A stretch of DNA of 64,000 nucleotides. Origin: Desulfatiglandales bacterium (GTDB taxonomy: Bacteria; Desulfobacterota; DSM-4660; Desulfatiglandales; HGW-15). The notes under the pieces were generated by a model. It did not search any database. It was not told the DNA's origin and saw only the letters and a program-made list of their open reading frames with translations. The first letter of the stretch is position 1; every line of letters starts with the position of its first letter. Made by a program: the position numbers and the translations under genes. This document shows, piece after piece, positions 31,694 through 41,588 of this stretch. The stretch covers positions 448,001-512,000 of the forward strand of contig CAXXJJ010000004.1 in NCBI GenBank assembly GCA_963667015.2, given 5' to 3'.

Positions 31694-32608
31694 TTAAATA
31701 AAATAGTCATCAACATTATCTAATAATGCCAATGCCTTATTACGGATCACCATATTAATAAGACATAAATCATCCGGATATTCTTTGTTTCCATCAATTA
31801 TTTCAGTAAGGAGAGATATAAACATTTCCTTATTCTGGGTTCCAATGCAATAGTATTTTGCATAGAAATATTGAGAAAGGAAAAGATTTTTGTTTCCTGA
31901 TAAAAGGGCCTTATCAAAGTATTCTTTTGCTTTTTCATAATCCCCACCAAGCATTGTCGACCTGGCAGAAAGGCTCACTGCCTTTAAAAGATATGGAAGT
32001 CCATTGAAAAGGTCAGGATTTAGTTCCACGAGTTTATCGATACATGATTGAGCCATACCCAACTGGGCGATAGCGGCAGGCTTATCAAGATTAAGATTTA
32101 TCCATGAACTCCAGGATACAGTAGCCCATAAAAGAGAATTAAGCCCCTTATCATCCAGGCCGTTAAAAAGATATTCAAGTACCTCTTTGTTTATCTTTTC
32201 CGGATTTTCACTAAAGCCGACTGCCTTTAATCCATAAACAGTTGCCCTGTAATAAAGTTTAGAAGCCCTTTCCCGGTTGTCATCGCTCTCAACAAAAAGC
32301 AAACTGTAACCGCAAAAGCCCATGCTCAGCAGCCTGAGTATCTCAGGATTTTCCGGATCATTCTTTAAAATACCTTCCAGTAACTTGAGGTTAGCCGGGA
32401 TTGCTTCCTTGGCTAGATCAGGATCACATTCTTCAAAGATAGACCCGGATATATTCCGGAATAATGCCGGTGACATCCTGAGAGCCATCTTCATGCATCC
32501 GCTACAAGGCAATAGAATTATCCAGAGCGAAAATAATGATAATATAAAGTATCTTATTTTTTTATTCATAGCTGTATTATCATTTAAAATTAAACTATAT
32601 TGTGTCAA
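31694..32608 (-). CDS. TRAP transporter TatT component (TPR-like lipoprotein)
   Basis: Lipobox-like LPCSGC; ECDPDLAKEAIPANLKLLEG; LGGDYEKAKEYF; directly upstream of dctP. Confidence 0.8.
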   Translation of the reverse strand: MTQYSLILNDNTAMNKKIRYFILSLFSLWIILLPCSGCMKMALRMSPALFRNISGSIFEECDPDLAKEAIPANLKLLEGILKNDPENPEILRLLSMGFCGYSLLFVESDDNRERASKLYYRATVYGLKAVGFSENPEKINKEVLEYLFNGLDDKGLNSLLWATVSWSSWINLNLDKPAAIAQLGMAQSCIDKLVELNPDLFNGLPYLLKAVSLSARSTMLGGDYEKAKEYFDKALLSGNKNLFLSQYFYAKYYCIGTQNKEMFISLLTEIIDGNKEYPDDLCLINMVIRNKALALLDNVDDYFI

Positions 32609-32769
32609 ATTATATTTATAAGTATTAACATAAAAAAATAGACACCCGCAAGAGTAAAAAAATCACGATAAGTATGCTAAACCTTCACAATAACTAAAAG
32701 ATTTTGCTGGTGTTTATCAAATTTTCAATTATAATAATTTGATTATCATCAACAGGAGGATGACTTTTA

Positions 32770-33654
32770 ATGAAAATATTGCTTTTGGGTTCGAGTGGAC
32801 TACTTGGAAATGATTGCAGGGAAGTGCTGACGGATGAACATGAAGTTATTGCTCCATCCAGTTCCGAACTTGATATCATTAGCTGGGACGTTGTTATAGA
32901 CAGCCTTCATAAAATATCTCCGGATGTAATTATTAATTGCGCCGGTTATACAGATGTTAATGGCTGCGAAACTGAAGATTTTAAAGTCAGGAAGATAAAT
33001 ATTGAAGGACCTCGAAATTTTGCACAGGGTTCTGCAAGATATAACTGCCGAATGATTCATATTTCAAGTGATTATGTATTCAGTGGTCAAAAAGGTATAC
33101 CTCAACCTTATTTTGAGGATGATCCTGTTGACCCTGTATCTGCATACGGAAGATGTAAAGTTGAGAGTGAAGTTGCAGTCAAGGAAAATGCCCCAAACTA
33201 TATAATTATACGAACAGGGTGGTTATATGGCAGGTATGGTAATGACTTTATTGATTCTCTTCTTCTTAAATCAGCAAAAAGCCCTAGAAAGACTATAAAG
33301 GTAATAGATGATCAGGTTGGCTCACCTACCTGGACCTATCGCCTTGCACACCAGATAAAGGCCTTGCTTAAAACCGATTTAAAAGGGACTTTTCATGCTA
33401 CGTCAGAAGGCTTTTGCAGTAGATATGAGTTTGCCAAACATGTATTTGAACAAATGAACATTAAAACTCCGATCAAGCCATGCAGCATTTCAGAGTATCC
33501 TCAGCCGGCAAAAAGGCCGCTTAACTGCATACTTGAAAACAGGCTTTTGAAAACTCTGGGGCATAATGTTATGGCTGACTGGAAGGAAGATGTTGATCAA
33601 TACCTTGAACTGTTTGGAAAGGATATAGTTAAGGAAGCAAAAGCAAAGAAATAA
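32770..33654 (+). CDS. rfbD: dTDP-4-dehydrorhamnose reductase
   Basis: GSSGLLG, NCAGYTDV, ISSDYVF, YGRCK, DDQVGSPT and AKRP motifs. Confidence 0.93.
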   Translation: MKILLLGSSGLLGNDCREVLTDEHEVIAPSSSELDIISWDVVIDSLHKISPDVIINCAGYTDVNGCETEDFKVRKINIEGPRNFAQGSARYNCRMIHISSDYVFSGQKGIPQPYFEDDPVDPVSAYGRCKVESEVAVKENAPNYIIIRTGWLYGRYGNDFIDSLLLKSAKSPRKTIKVIDDQVGSPTWTYRLAHQIKALLKTDLKGTFHATSEGFCSRYEFAKHVFEQMNIKTPIKPCSISEYPQPAKRPLNCILENRLLKTLGHNVMADWKEDVDQYLELFGKDIVKEAKAKK

Positions 33655-33861
33655 GTATGATTTTAAGGGTTTACGGTCTGCGATCTGGGGTATACGTTCG
33701 ATTTTAAGAAACCTTATATCGTATACCGTATACCATTTTAATTCTGTTTTTTTAAGCCACCTTTACACTATTTCCTCACCGCAATCCCCGGTTTATATGT
33801 TGTAATATACCTTTATGATTTATATGTTAATAATTATTAAGTAATCTGAAATAAAGAGGCC

Positions 33862-34842
33862 ATGTCTAATAATACAATATCACAAAAGCCCCCCCTGATA
33901 ACGGTAGGAATCGATCAGATTTCCGATGAAGATGGAAAATTCTGCATGAGTTATGGTTTTGATAACTCTACACTTAAAAAATCCATATCACAGGTTGGCA
34001 TAATAAATAATCCTTTTGTTTTCAGAAACAATAAGGGCTCAATAGAAGTGGTAACCGGCTTAAGGCGAATACTCGCTCTTAAAGAACTTGGTATAAAAAA
34101 GGTTGAATGTTTTGATTTGACTGACTCCGGCATGACACCATATGCCATGTTAAAATTTGCTATTTATGATAATCTATTTAACAGAGAATTCAATCTTGTT
34201 GAAAAAAGCTTAATAATTAAGACATTATTAACATTAGTTAAAGATGTTAATTCAATAAAAGAATTGACTTCCTTAATAAATGTTAATCATAAAGATTATG
34301 ATTTGATTTTAAAACTCGAGAGCCTGGATGAATCGATAAAGAAGTCTATTTCTTCTGGAGCTCTTAACATAAAGGCACTTGAACGCCTTGTTGAGTTATC
34401 AATTGACAATCAATTAATATGCAGCAACTGGATAAATAATTTAAAGTTAAACTATAACCAACAGGTTCTATTCATTGATTATATTACCGATATATCCAGA
34501 ATTGAAAAGATAGCAATCCTGGAACTTCTAAATGATGAATATTTCCGACGCCTTCTTGCAGATAAAAAGAAAAATACTCCTCAAAAGGCAAAGATATTAA
34601 TAGATAACCTGAGAGAAAGAAGAAATCCCGATTACTCCAGGTATCAACAACTCTTTGAAAAAAGAATCAGCAAACTGCAACTTCCAAAAAATATTAAGAT
34701 AAAATATCCCAGATATTTTGAGGAAGAATATTACCAATTAGAAGTTGAGTTTAAAGACGGTAATGAGCTCAGGAAGGGCCTCAAAGACCTTATTGAGAAA
34801 GACGAACTTGCAACTATAGGTGATCCCTGGCTCAACGAGTAA
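33862..34842 (+). CDS. ParB/Srx N-terminal domain protein
   Basis: LKKSISQVGIINNP ... VVTGLRRILAL ... DN...REFNLVEKS. Confidence 0.75.
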   Translation: MSNNTISQKPPLITVGIDQISDEDGKFCMSYGFDNSTLKKSISQVGIINNPFVFRNNKGSIEVVTGLRRILALKELGIKKVECFDLTDSGMTPYAMLKFAIYDNLFNREFNLVEKSLIIKTLLTLVKDVNSIKELTSLINVNHKDYDLILKLESLDESIKKSISSGALNIKALERLVELSIDNQLICSNWINNLKLNYNQQVLFIDYITDISRIEKIAILELLNDEYFRRLLADKKKNTPQKAKILIDNLRERRNPDYSRYQQLFEKRISKLQLPKNIKIKYPRYFEEEYYQLEVEFKDGNELRKGLKDLIEKDELATIGDPWLNE

Positions 34843-34850
34843 ATACTATT

Positions 34851-35945
34851 ATGAAGTACAAGATAAATAAAATACAGATAGAAGAGGGGGCAAAAAAATT
34901 TCCCCTCACATCAGAAATAACGAAAAACCTTAGCACTATCCCCATTGCCAGTTTAAAAGACGGCGAAGACACGCATATAAAAGACCTGGATATGGATAAG
35001 GAGACCTTAAGGCTGCTATCCTTTAAGGGTGAGTTCCTGAAACCCTGTCCGGGCACTAATAACTATATCTGTTGCGGATACCAGATCTTAAACATCGGCA
35101 CAAACTGTCCTTTGGATTGCAGCTATTGCATTTTACAGGCATATTTCAACAAACCATCCCTTAGAATCTTCGTTAACCTTGAAGATGAACTGGCAGCAGC
35201 AAGTGAGATCATTGATAATTCTCCCGAAAAATTATACAGGATAGGGACTGGAGAATTTACTGACAGCCTTGCTCTTGAAGAGATCCATCGATTCAGTCAT
35301 CTGTTGACAGATTTTATAGGTAAGAAAAAGAACAGTGTTATAGAATTCAAGACTAAAACTACTGAAATTAAAAGGCTTTTTGACTTAAAAACGCGTGAAA
35401 GAGTAATAGTCTCCTGGTCGCTGAATAGCCCCTACATTGTTTCACATGAAGAACACAAGGCTCCTTCAATAGAGCAGAGACTCACAGCAGCAAAAAAATG
35501 CCAGGAAGATGGTTTTATTACCGGTTTTCATTTTGATCCTCTGATCCGGCATGATAACTGGAAGGACCAATATAAAAAAACCATTGATTTAATGGATAAG
35601 TACCTCGATCCGGATAAAATAATTTGGATAAGTATGGGCTGTATACGCTTTGTACCTGCTTTAAAGCCTATAATATTGAAAAGACATCCTGAAACTATAA
35701 TTCTGGATGGTGAATTCATTCAGGGTCTTGATGGCAAATCACGGTATTTAAAACCGCTCCGCATTGAAATGTATCGATTTTTGAAAAAACAATTGGAGGA
35801 CTGGGCAGGGCATAATCCCGGCGTATATTTATGTATGGAAAGTGACGAAATATGGCGTAAAGGCACAGGCTGGTCGCCTGTGAATTCAGATGGCCTATCT
35901 GAATATCTAGATAACAGGGTAGGATTATTCTGGGATATAAACTAA
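34851..35945 (+). CDS. Spore photoproduct lyase-like radical SAM protein
   Basis: CPLDCSYC (CxxxCxxC), EFKTK, SWSLN, FHFDP and YLCME motifs. Confidence 0.85.
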   Translation: MKYKINKIQIEEGAKKFPLTSEITKNLSTIPIASLKDGEDTHIKDLDMDKETLRLLSFKGEFLKPCPGTNNYICCGYQILNIGTNCPLDCSYCILQAYFNKPSLRIFVNLEDELAAASEIIDNSPEKLYRIGTGEFTDSLALEEIHRFSHLLTDFIGKKKNSVIEFKTKTTEIKRLFDLKTRERVIVSWSLNSPYIVSHEEHKAPSIEQRLTAAKKCQEDGFITGFHFDPLIRHDNWKDQYKKTIDLMDKYLDPDKIIWISMGCIRFVPALKPIILKRHPETIILDGEFIQGLDGKSRYLKPLRIEMYRFLKKQLEDWAGHNPGVYLCMESDEIWRKGTGWSPVNSDGLSEYLDNRVGLFWDIN

Positions 35946-35969
35946 TATAAAAAATATCGGGAGAAATTC

Positions 35970-36194
35970 ATGCTAAAAGAAAAGGTTGAAAGCACACTGG
36001 AAAAGATAAGACCGTCACTTCAGGCGGATGGCGGAGATGTTGAGCTTGTAGACATCGATAAAGATGGTGTAGTCAGGGTCAAACTGCAGGGAGCCTGCGC
36101 AAGCTGCCCAATGTCAACAATGACATTAAAGATGGGGATTGAAAAAATATTAAAACAGAACATTCCAGAGATAGAAAGAGTTGAGTCTGTTTAA
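35970..36194 (+). CDS. NifU/Nfu C-terminal domain Fe-S carrier
   Basis: [15 protein letters not shown] and [11 protein letters not shown] motifs. Confidence 0.93.
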   Translation: MLKEKVESTLEKIRPSLQADGGDVELVDIDKDGVVRVKLQGACASCPMSTMTLKMGIEKILKQNIPEIERVESV

Positions 36195-36210
36195 ACAGAT
36201 TCAACTGAAT

Positions 36211-36254
36211 AAAAAAGCAGTTCCATATAAAAAAATGGAACTGCTGAATTTTTT
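36211..36254. terminator. Bidirectional Rho-independent terminator
   Basis: AGCAGTTCCAT (36216-36226) / ATGGAACTGCT (36235-36245) flanked by A and T runs, between convergent genes. Confidence 0.75.
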
Positions 36255-36271
36255 GGCACTAAAATAGAGGG

Positions 36272-36361
36272 CTATTTATTTTTATGCCTCATCTTTTTTA
36301 TCTGTTTCCTGTATTTATGCTTCCTGATTTTTTTGCGGCGTTTCTTTACAACACTACCCAT
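36272..36361 (-). CDS. Small basic protein of the bS22 / AURKAIP1-COX24 (mS38) family
   Basis: MGSVVKKRRKKIRKHKYRKQIKKMRHKNK* (29 aa); GGAGG RBS at 36369-36373; too short for the ORF track. Confidence 0.85.
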   Translation of the reverse strand: MGSVVKKRRKKIRKHKYRKQIKKMRHKNK

Positions 36362-36501
36362 TAAAGGACCTCCATTCAAAGTTAAAGATACATAATATAT
36401 TTATATTTAATTTGTCAATACCTATCTAAAAAAGAAGAGGATATCTTGATTAACCGCTACACTTATATTAGTTTACATAATATACATTATCAGAAGTTAT
36501 T

Positions 36502-37398
36502 TTATTGTCTCTTTTCCTTGTCTTCTTTAGATTTATAAAGATCTTTATCTGCTATATCAATAAGTTCTTTAGCAGTCATATCTCCTTTACAGATTGAATA
36601 ACCAACGCTTATCGTTACCTTTCCTTTATTACAAAAGGCTTTTTCAATTCTGCTGCCGATCTCTTTTGCGATCTCCGTGTCTGCATCAATAAGTATAACC
36701 GCAAATTCATCACCGCCATACCGGTATCCTGAATCCACGCCGTCCCTAATGGAATTGCGTATAATTTCGCCAGCCTCTCGAAGGACCTCGTCTCCGGCCA
36801 GATGCCCATAATTATCATTGTAGACCTTAAAATCATTAAGATCCATGAGCATGATCGTCAGTGAAGTGTTCTGTCTTTTTGCCCTTTTTATTTCATCATT
36901 CAGTCGATAATAAAAATGTCTCTGATTGAAAAGCTCTGTAAGTGCATCGGTTATTGATAACCTGTTAAGCTCTTTTCGAAGGTTCCTTTCATTGATTATC
37001 CTTCTTATCTTGGCCTCGAGTTCCTCAATTCCAAAAGGCTTTTTAATAAAATCATTTGCTCCTGCATTGATGACATCAACGTAGGTATATCCTTCCGAAT
37101 ACCCGGTCATGGCAATTACACTTACATCATGCTCGTCGCATATCATTTTAATCAGATCCATTCCATCAATGCCAGGCATCTTCATATCAGTTAAGACCAT
37201 TGAATAATCTTTGTTCCCCAGCATTTTCAGGGCTTCGTCACCATTTGATGCTGAATGTGAAGATATGCCTACGACCTCAAGCAGCTTTTCGAGTGTTTCC
37301 CTTAAAAAAGGATCATCATCAACAATAAGGATCAATTCATTGGAATAGTTAATATTTAAAGGTTCCATATCAGAACTTATACCTGTTAAAGAAAACAA
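36502..37398 (-). CDS. REC-GGDEF diguanylate cyclase (true start may be MEPLN at ~37368)
   Basis: ILIVDDD, DMKMPGIDG, NDNYGHLAGD and RYGGDEF motifs. Confidence 0.93.
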   Translation of the reverse strand: MFSLTGISSDMEPLNINYSNELILIVDDDPFLRETLEKLLEVVGISSHSASNGDEALKMLGNKDYSMVLTDMKMPGIDGMDLIKMICDEHDVSVIAMTGYSEGYTYVDVINAGANDFIKKPFGIEELEAKIRRIINERNLRKELNRLSITDALTELFNQRHFYYRLNDEIKRAKRQNTSLTIMLMDLNDFKVYNDNYGHLAGDEVLREAGEIIRNSIRDGVDSGYRYGGDEFAVILIDADTEIAKEIGSRIEKAFCNKGKVTISVGYSICKGDMTAKELIDIADKDLYKSKEDKEKRQ

Positions 37399-37409
37399 CC
37401 AGTTAGCAG

Positions 37410-38744
37410 TTAAATCAATTCACCCAGCAGTGAATTGATGAAGGCACGTTTGATATTTACATTAACAAGTTGCCCTATTATATTAGATTTACTGGTGAAA
37501 TTTATAACTTTATTTGTATCGGTTCTACCTGTGTATTGTATCCCCTGTTTGCTTATTCCGTCTACAAGAATTTCTTTTGTTCTTCCTTCAAGACGTTTAT
37601 TTCTAAGCAATGTCTTTTCTTTTTGTAAATCCTGCAATATCTTAAGCCTGGATGATTTAACCTTTTCATCAAGCTTGTTAGGCATTTCAGATGCTTTTGT
37701 TCCTTTGCGGTCTGAATATTTAAATGAAAATAGATTATCAAACTCTATTTTTTCAATTAGGTCAAGCGTCTTTTTGAAATCAGCTTCACTTTCGCCTGGA
37801 AAACCTACAATTACATCGCTAGTAATAGCAAACTCAGGATCAATCTCTCTAAGTTTTTGCGTAAGCCGAAAGTAATCATCCCTGCTATATTTACGATTCA
37901 TCAATTTGAGTACCTTGTTTGATCCTGATTGGAAAGGCAAATGCATATGGTGGCAGAGTTTTTCCACTTTATTAAATGATTCAATCAGGTCATCTGACAA
38001 ATCTTTTGGATGGGATGTTGTGAACCTTATTCTGAAAAGACCCTCTATATCCCCGATCATTTTAAGCAGTTCAGGAAAGGATCCCCCCCTGCCCTTTCCG
38101 GAAGAAGAATAGGAATTAACGTTTTGACCAAGCAGGGTTATTTCTTTTACTCCCTGTCTTACAAGGTTTTCGGCTTCTTTAAGTATATCTTCAGGCGATC
38201 TGCTGATTTCCCTGCCCCTCACATATGGAACAATACAATAGCTGCAAAAATTATTGCATCCTTCCATTATGGACAGGTTGCTTTTTATCCTGCCTTTAAA
38301 ATGTTCTCCTGGATTTCTAATATCATGAATTGGAGTCAATGTAATATCTGTTGAGGCCAATCTCTCATTATAATTAATAATTCGGTCCAGGATCTCGCTT
38401 ATCCTCCCTACTTCTCTCGTACCCATGACAAAGTTGAGCTCAGGGTATTTTTTTAAAAGCGACTTTCCTTCCTGCTGGGCAATGCACCCCATAAATCCAA
38501 GAATTATCTCAGGTCGTTTCTTTTTCAGCTTGATCATTCTGCCAAGAAAACTAAAGGCCTTTTGTTCAGCCTTTTCCCTTACACTGCATGTGTTGATAAT
38601 AATCAGGCTGGCATTGTCCGGCGATTCAGAGGTGATATAACCCTTATCTTCAAGAATACAGGAAAGGTAATCAGAATCGTATTCATTCATCTGACAACCC
38701 ATTGTAGATATATAATATCTGTTTGTTTTTTTAGTATGAGACAT
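37410..38744 (-). CDS. miaB: tRNA i6A37 methylthiotransferase MiaB
   Basis: GCQMNEYDS, NTCSVREKAE, GCNNFCSYCIVP and RFTTSHP motifs; TRAM domain. Confidence 0.96.
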   Translation of the reverse strand: MSHTKKTNRYYISTMGCQMNEYDSDYLSCILEDKGYITSESPDNASLIIINTCSVREKAEQKAFSFLGRMIKLKKKRPEIILGFMGCIAQQEGKSLLKKYPELNFVMGTREVGRISEILDRIINYNERLASTDITLTPIHDIRNPGEHFKGRIKSNLSIMEGCNNFCSYCIVPYVRGREISRSPEDILKEAENLVRQGVKEITLLGQNVNSYSSSGKGRGGSFPELLKMIGDIEGLFRIRFTTSHPKDLSDDLIESFNKVEKLCHHMHLPFQSGSNKVLKLMNRKYSRDDYFRLTQKLREIDPEFAITSDVIVGFPGESEADFKKTLDLIEKIEFDNLFSFKYSDRKGTKASEMPNKLDEKVKSSRLKILQDLQKEKTLLRNKRLEGRTKEILVDGISKQGIQYTGRTDTNKVINFTSKSNIIGQLVNVNIKRAFINSLLGELI

Positions 38745-38765
38745 TTTAAATATTATTCATTTCGA

Positions 38766-38981
38766 TTATATTGGATTTAATTTTATCCCTTCATCAACTC
38801 TTAAGGAGTGGACAAGTTCATTTACTATATATTCACAACCGGGAGCGATCTTTAATTCGATAACTGCCTCAACCGGATTGATTGTTGAGACGATTGCCAT
38901 CCCGTCATAGGATTCTATTATCCATCTGATATAGCTTATTCTGGATTTATCAACCAGATATGATTTCCTAATTGTCACCAT
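38766..38981 (-). CDS. DUF4911-like protein
   Basis: ISYIRWIIESYDGMA...STI motif; lies between nadK and miaB. Confidence 0.7.
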   Translation of the reverse strand: MVTIRKSYLVDKSRISYIRWIIESYDGMAIVSTINPVEAVIELKIAPGCEYIVNELVHSLRVDEGIKLNPI

Positions 38982-39864
38982 CTTTATTATAGGTTGCTCC
39001 GCCCCATTTCATCTTTTTTCTTAGAATTTCATAATATGTCTGATCCGGTGATTTAAAGAGCCGTATATTTGCATCGGATTTATATATGAGGACCTTATCC
39101 CCTTCAAGAAGATCGAAACCAACCTGTCCGTCAAAGGTCAGACTCACCTTTTCTTCACTTTCCTTTAACATCATTATCGATATTACTGCAGATTCAGGAA
39201 GTATTATCGGCCGGTTTGTAAGGGTAAAAGGACAGATCGGAGTTAAAATAACATTTGAGATTGTCGGATAAAGTATGGGCCCACCGGCAGCAAGATTGTA
39301 ACCCGTTGAACCGGTCGGTGTGGAAATTATAAGTCCGTCAGATCTGAAAGTTGTTAAAAATTCGTCGTTTATCAAAACATCCAGTTCAATGATCCTCGCA
39401 AGGGCACCTTTATTGATCACTACGTCATTGAGGGTTTGGAACCTGAATACTTCTTTTCCATCCCTGAGAACTTTAGTCTCAAGCATAAGCCTTTGCTCAA
39501 TCTCGAGACTTTTGTTAAGTACCATTTCTATTGAGGGGTAAAGTTTTTTTATGGGGATGCAGGTTAAAAAACCCAGACCTCCCAGATTGACACCGAGTAT
39601 AGGGATACCATGCCTGCCATATTTTCTGGATGCGCCAAGTAATGTTCCGTCTCCTCCAAGTACGATTATCCATTTGAGGTCATTTACAGGTAATAAAGCC
39701 GGATCATCGTAATTTATTTCATGTTGTCCGTTTGGACCCATTTCTTCAGAAAATGTTTTAATTCCTTTGTCATTTAGCCATTCAACAAGTTTTTCAGCCT
39801 CTTTTTTTGCTGGTTCAAACCTGTGTTTGTAAATTACCCCAACCGAAATATCATTCATTTGCAT
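38968..39864 (-). CDS. nadK: NAD kinase
   Basis: GGDGT, NDVV, DGLIISTPTGSTGYNLAAGGP and FDGQ motifs. Confidence 0.96.
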   Translation of the reverse strand: MQMNDISVGVIYKHRFEPAKKEAEKLVEWLNDKGIKTFSEEMGPNGQHEINYDDPALLPVNDLKWIIVLGGDGTLLGASRKYGRHGIPILGVNLGGLGFLTCIPIKKLYPSIEMVLNKSLEIEQRLMLETKVLRDGKEVFRFQTLNDVVINKGALARIIELDVLINDEFLTTFRSDGLIISTPTGSTGYNLAAGGPILYPTISNVILTPICPFTLTNRPIILPESAVISIMMLKESEEKVSLTFDGQVGFDLLEGDKVLIYKSDANIRLFKSPDQTYYEILRKKMKWGGATYNKDGDN

Positions 39865-39870
39865 ATCCTT

Positions 39871-40761
39871 TTATCTATGATTATTCGTTGGTTGAATATT
39901 AAACTGCTCAGCCACATATTCAGGAACATTAACACTTCCCATGAGAACAGGTTGTTGATGACAGTCAGACCCGCCTGAAACCAGTAATTGCTTTTTTGCT
40001 GCATACTTTATATATGAGTCGATGGTTGTTTTATCATGGGCAGAGTGCCAGCATTCAATTCCGTCAATAAATGGAAGCATGGATTCTGTTATTATTTCCT
40101 GCTGTGTGTCCATATCTCTTGTGAATTTAATTAATGATGTTCCACGCGGATGATTCGGGTGCGCCATAAAAAGCTTTCCGCCGGCGTTTCTAACAAGGCT
40201 TGATGCCTCTTCCAGGGACAACGGTATCTTGGGCACATTGCACTTTACAAGGTATCGGTCAAAGGCTTCCTGCCTTTCTTTAACTACCCCTTTTTTTACC
40301 ATATATTCAGCGATATGAGGCCTTCCAAATGCTCCGTCAACAGATTTTTCAATCTCATGAAGGTCATCTGGTGTAAATTTTTTCCTGTTTTCCCTTGAAA
40401 GTTCAACATTAATATTTTCCAGTATCTGTTCAGCTCGTTTCCATCTATGAGCCCTGAGATCCTCAAGTTTGTTGTTCAGGTCTTCATTCCCTGGGGCAAA
40501 GTCATAACCCAGAAAATCAAGGGATATGGGCTTTGAATTATTATAGGCCGGATGAGTAAAAGTAACACTTAATTCAAGACCGGAGATATATCTGATATCG
40601 TATTCCGCGGAAAGAATCCTTGCCTCATCCTGACAGGCTATTGAATCATGGTCAGTTATTGAGATTAGACCAATACCAATCTGAGATGCCTTTTTAAATA
40701 TTTCCTTTAATGTAAACTGCCCATCCGAACAAACGGAGTGAACATGCAAGTCAATTATCAT
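39871..40761 (-). CDS. PHP domain metal-dependent phosphoesterase
   Basis: DLHVHS..SDG, ITDHD, GRPHIA, AHP and GGSDCH motifs. Confidence 0.92.
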   Translation of the reverse strand: MIIDLHVHSVCSDGQFTLKEIFKKASQIGIGLISITDHDSIACQDEARILSAEYDIRYISGLELSVTFTHPAYNNSKPISLDFLGYDFAPGNEDLNNKLEDLRAHRWKRAEQILENINVELSRENRKKFTPDDLHEIEKSVDGAFGRPHIAEYMVKKGVVKERQEAFDRYLVKCNVPKIPLSLEEASSLVRNAGGKLFMAHPNHPRGTSLIKFTRDMDTQQEIITESMLPFIDGIECWHSAHDKTTIDSYIKYAAKKQLLVSGGSDCHQQPVLMGSVNVPEYVAEQFNIQPTNNHR

Positions 40762-40823
40762 GAAATTCCTTTCGGTTAAAAAGGCATCATTATCAATAAT
40801 TTCACTGTTATGTCGAGAAAAAA

Positions 40824-41471
40824 TTAAGCCTGGCTTGCGAGTTGATATCTCCAGTAATACTCAAAAACCTTTTTAATATAAGTCCGTGTGGCTCTAAAAG
40901 GCGGAATACCATTATATTTTCTTACTTTTTTGCTGCCGGCATTGTATGCGGCAAGTGCAAGTTCAAGGTCTCCATTATATCTATCGAGCAGCATCTTGAT
41001 ATACTTAGCGCCCCCATAAACATTATGAGCCGGGTCATATATATCTTCAACACCAAGCGCATTTGCTGTAGCAGGCATTAACTGCATCAATCCAATTGCA
41101 CCTCTCTTTGAGATTGCCCTGTGATTATAGCTGGATTCAGCCATAATAATAGCCTTGATCAGTGCCGGCTCAACCCCGTACTTTTCTGCCGCATCATTGA
41201 TGATACTATTATATATTCCTTCCTTGCGTGATGTATAAAGCCGTGAATTAAATTTTTTATTCAGCTTACTGATTATTTCCGCTTTATAAGGTCTTGAATC
41301 TTTCAGAAGAGGGTTTGTAACAGGGGTAATTCTGTCTTTTGGAAATGCAATGAAAGACAATATAAAAACTATTGAAAATATTCCGCATAAAATCTTGTTC
41401 ACGGAATATTTATTAAATGATGAATCTGTTTCCACTTTTTGACCTCCCATAAAACTGGAGTAAACTCTCAT
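40824..41471 (-). CDS. Lytic transglycosylase (SLT domain)
   Basis: AESS, GAIGLMQLMPAT and ALAAYNAG motifs; start uncertain. Confidence 0.9.
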   Translation of the reverse strand: MRVYSSFMGGQKVETDSSFNKYSVNKILCGIFSIVFILSFIAFPKDRITPVTNPLLKDSRPYKAEIISKLNKKFNSRLYTSRKEGIYNSIINDAAEKYGVEPALIKAIIMAESSYNHRAISKRGAIGLMQLMPATANALGVEDIYDPAHNVYGGAKYIKMLLDRYNGDLELALAAYNAGSKKVRKYNGIPPFRATRTYIKKVFEYYWRYQLASQA

Positions 41472-41588
41472 AAAAAAACAGGTTTGTCAAGCTGCGTAGT
41501 TCTGTAGATACAACTTCTGAAAAAGTCACAATTTATCATATTGCCATAACTGTCAATATCTACTATTTTATCCCACAAAATATTCACT

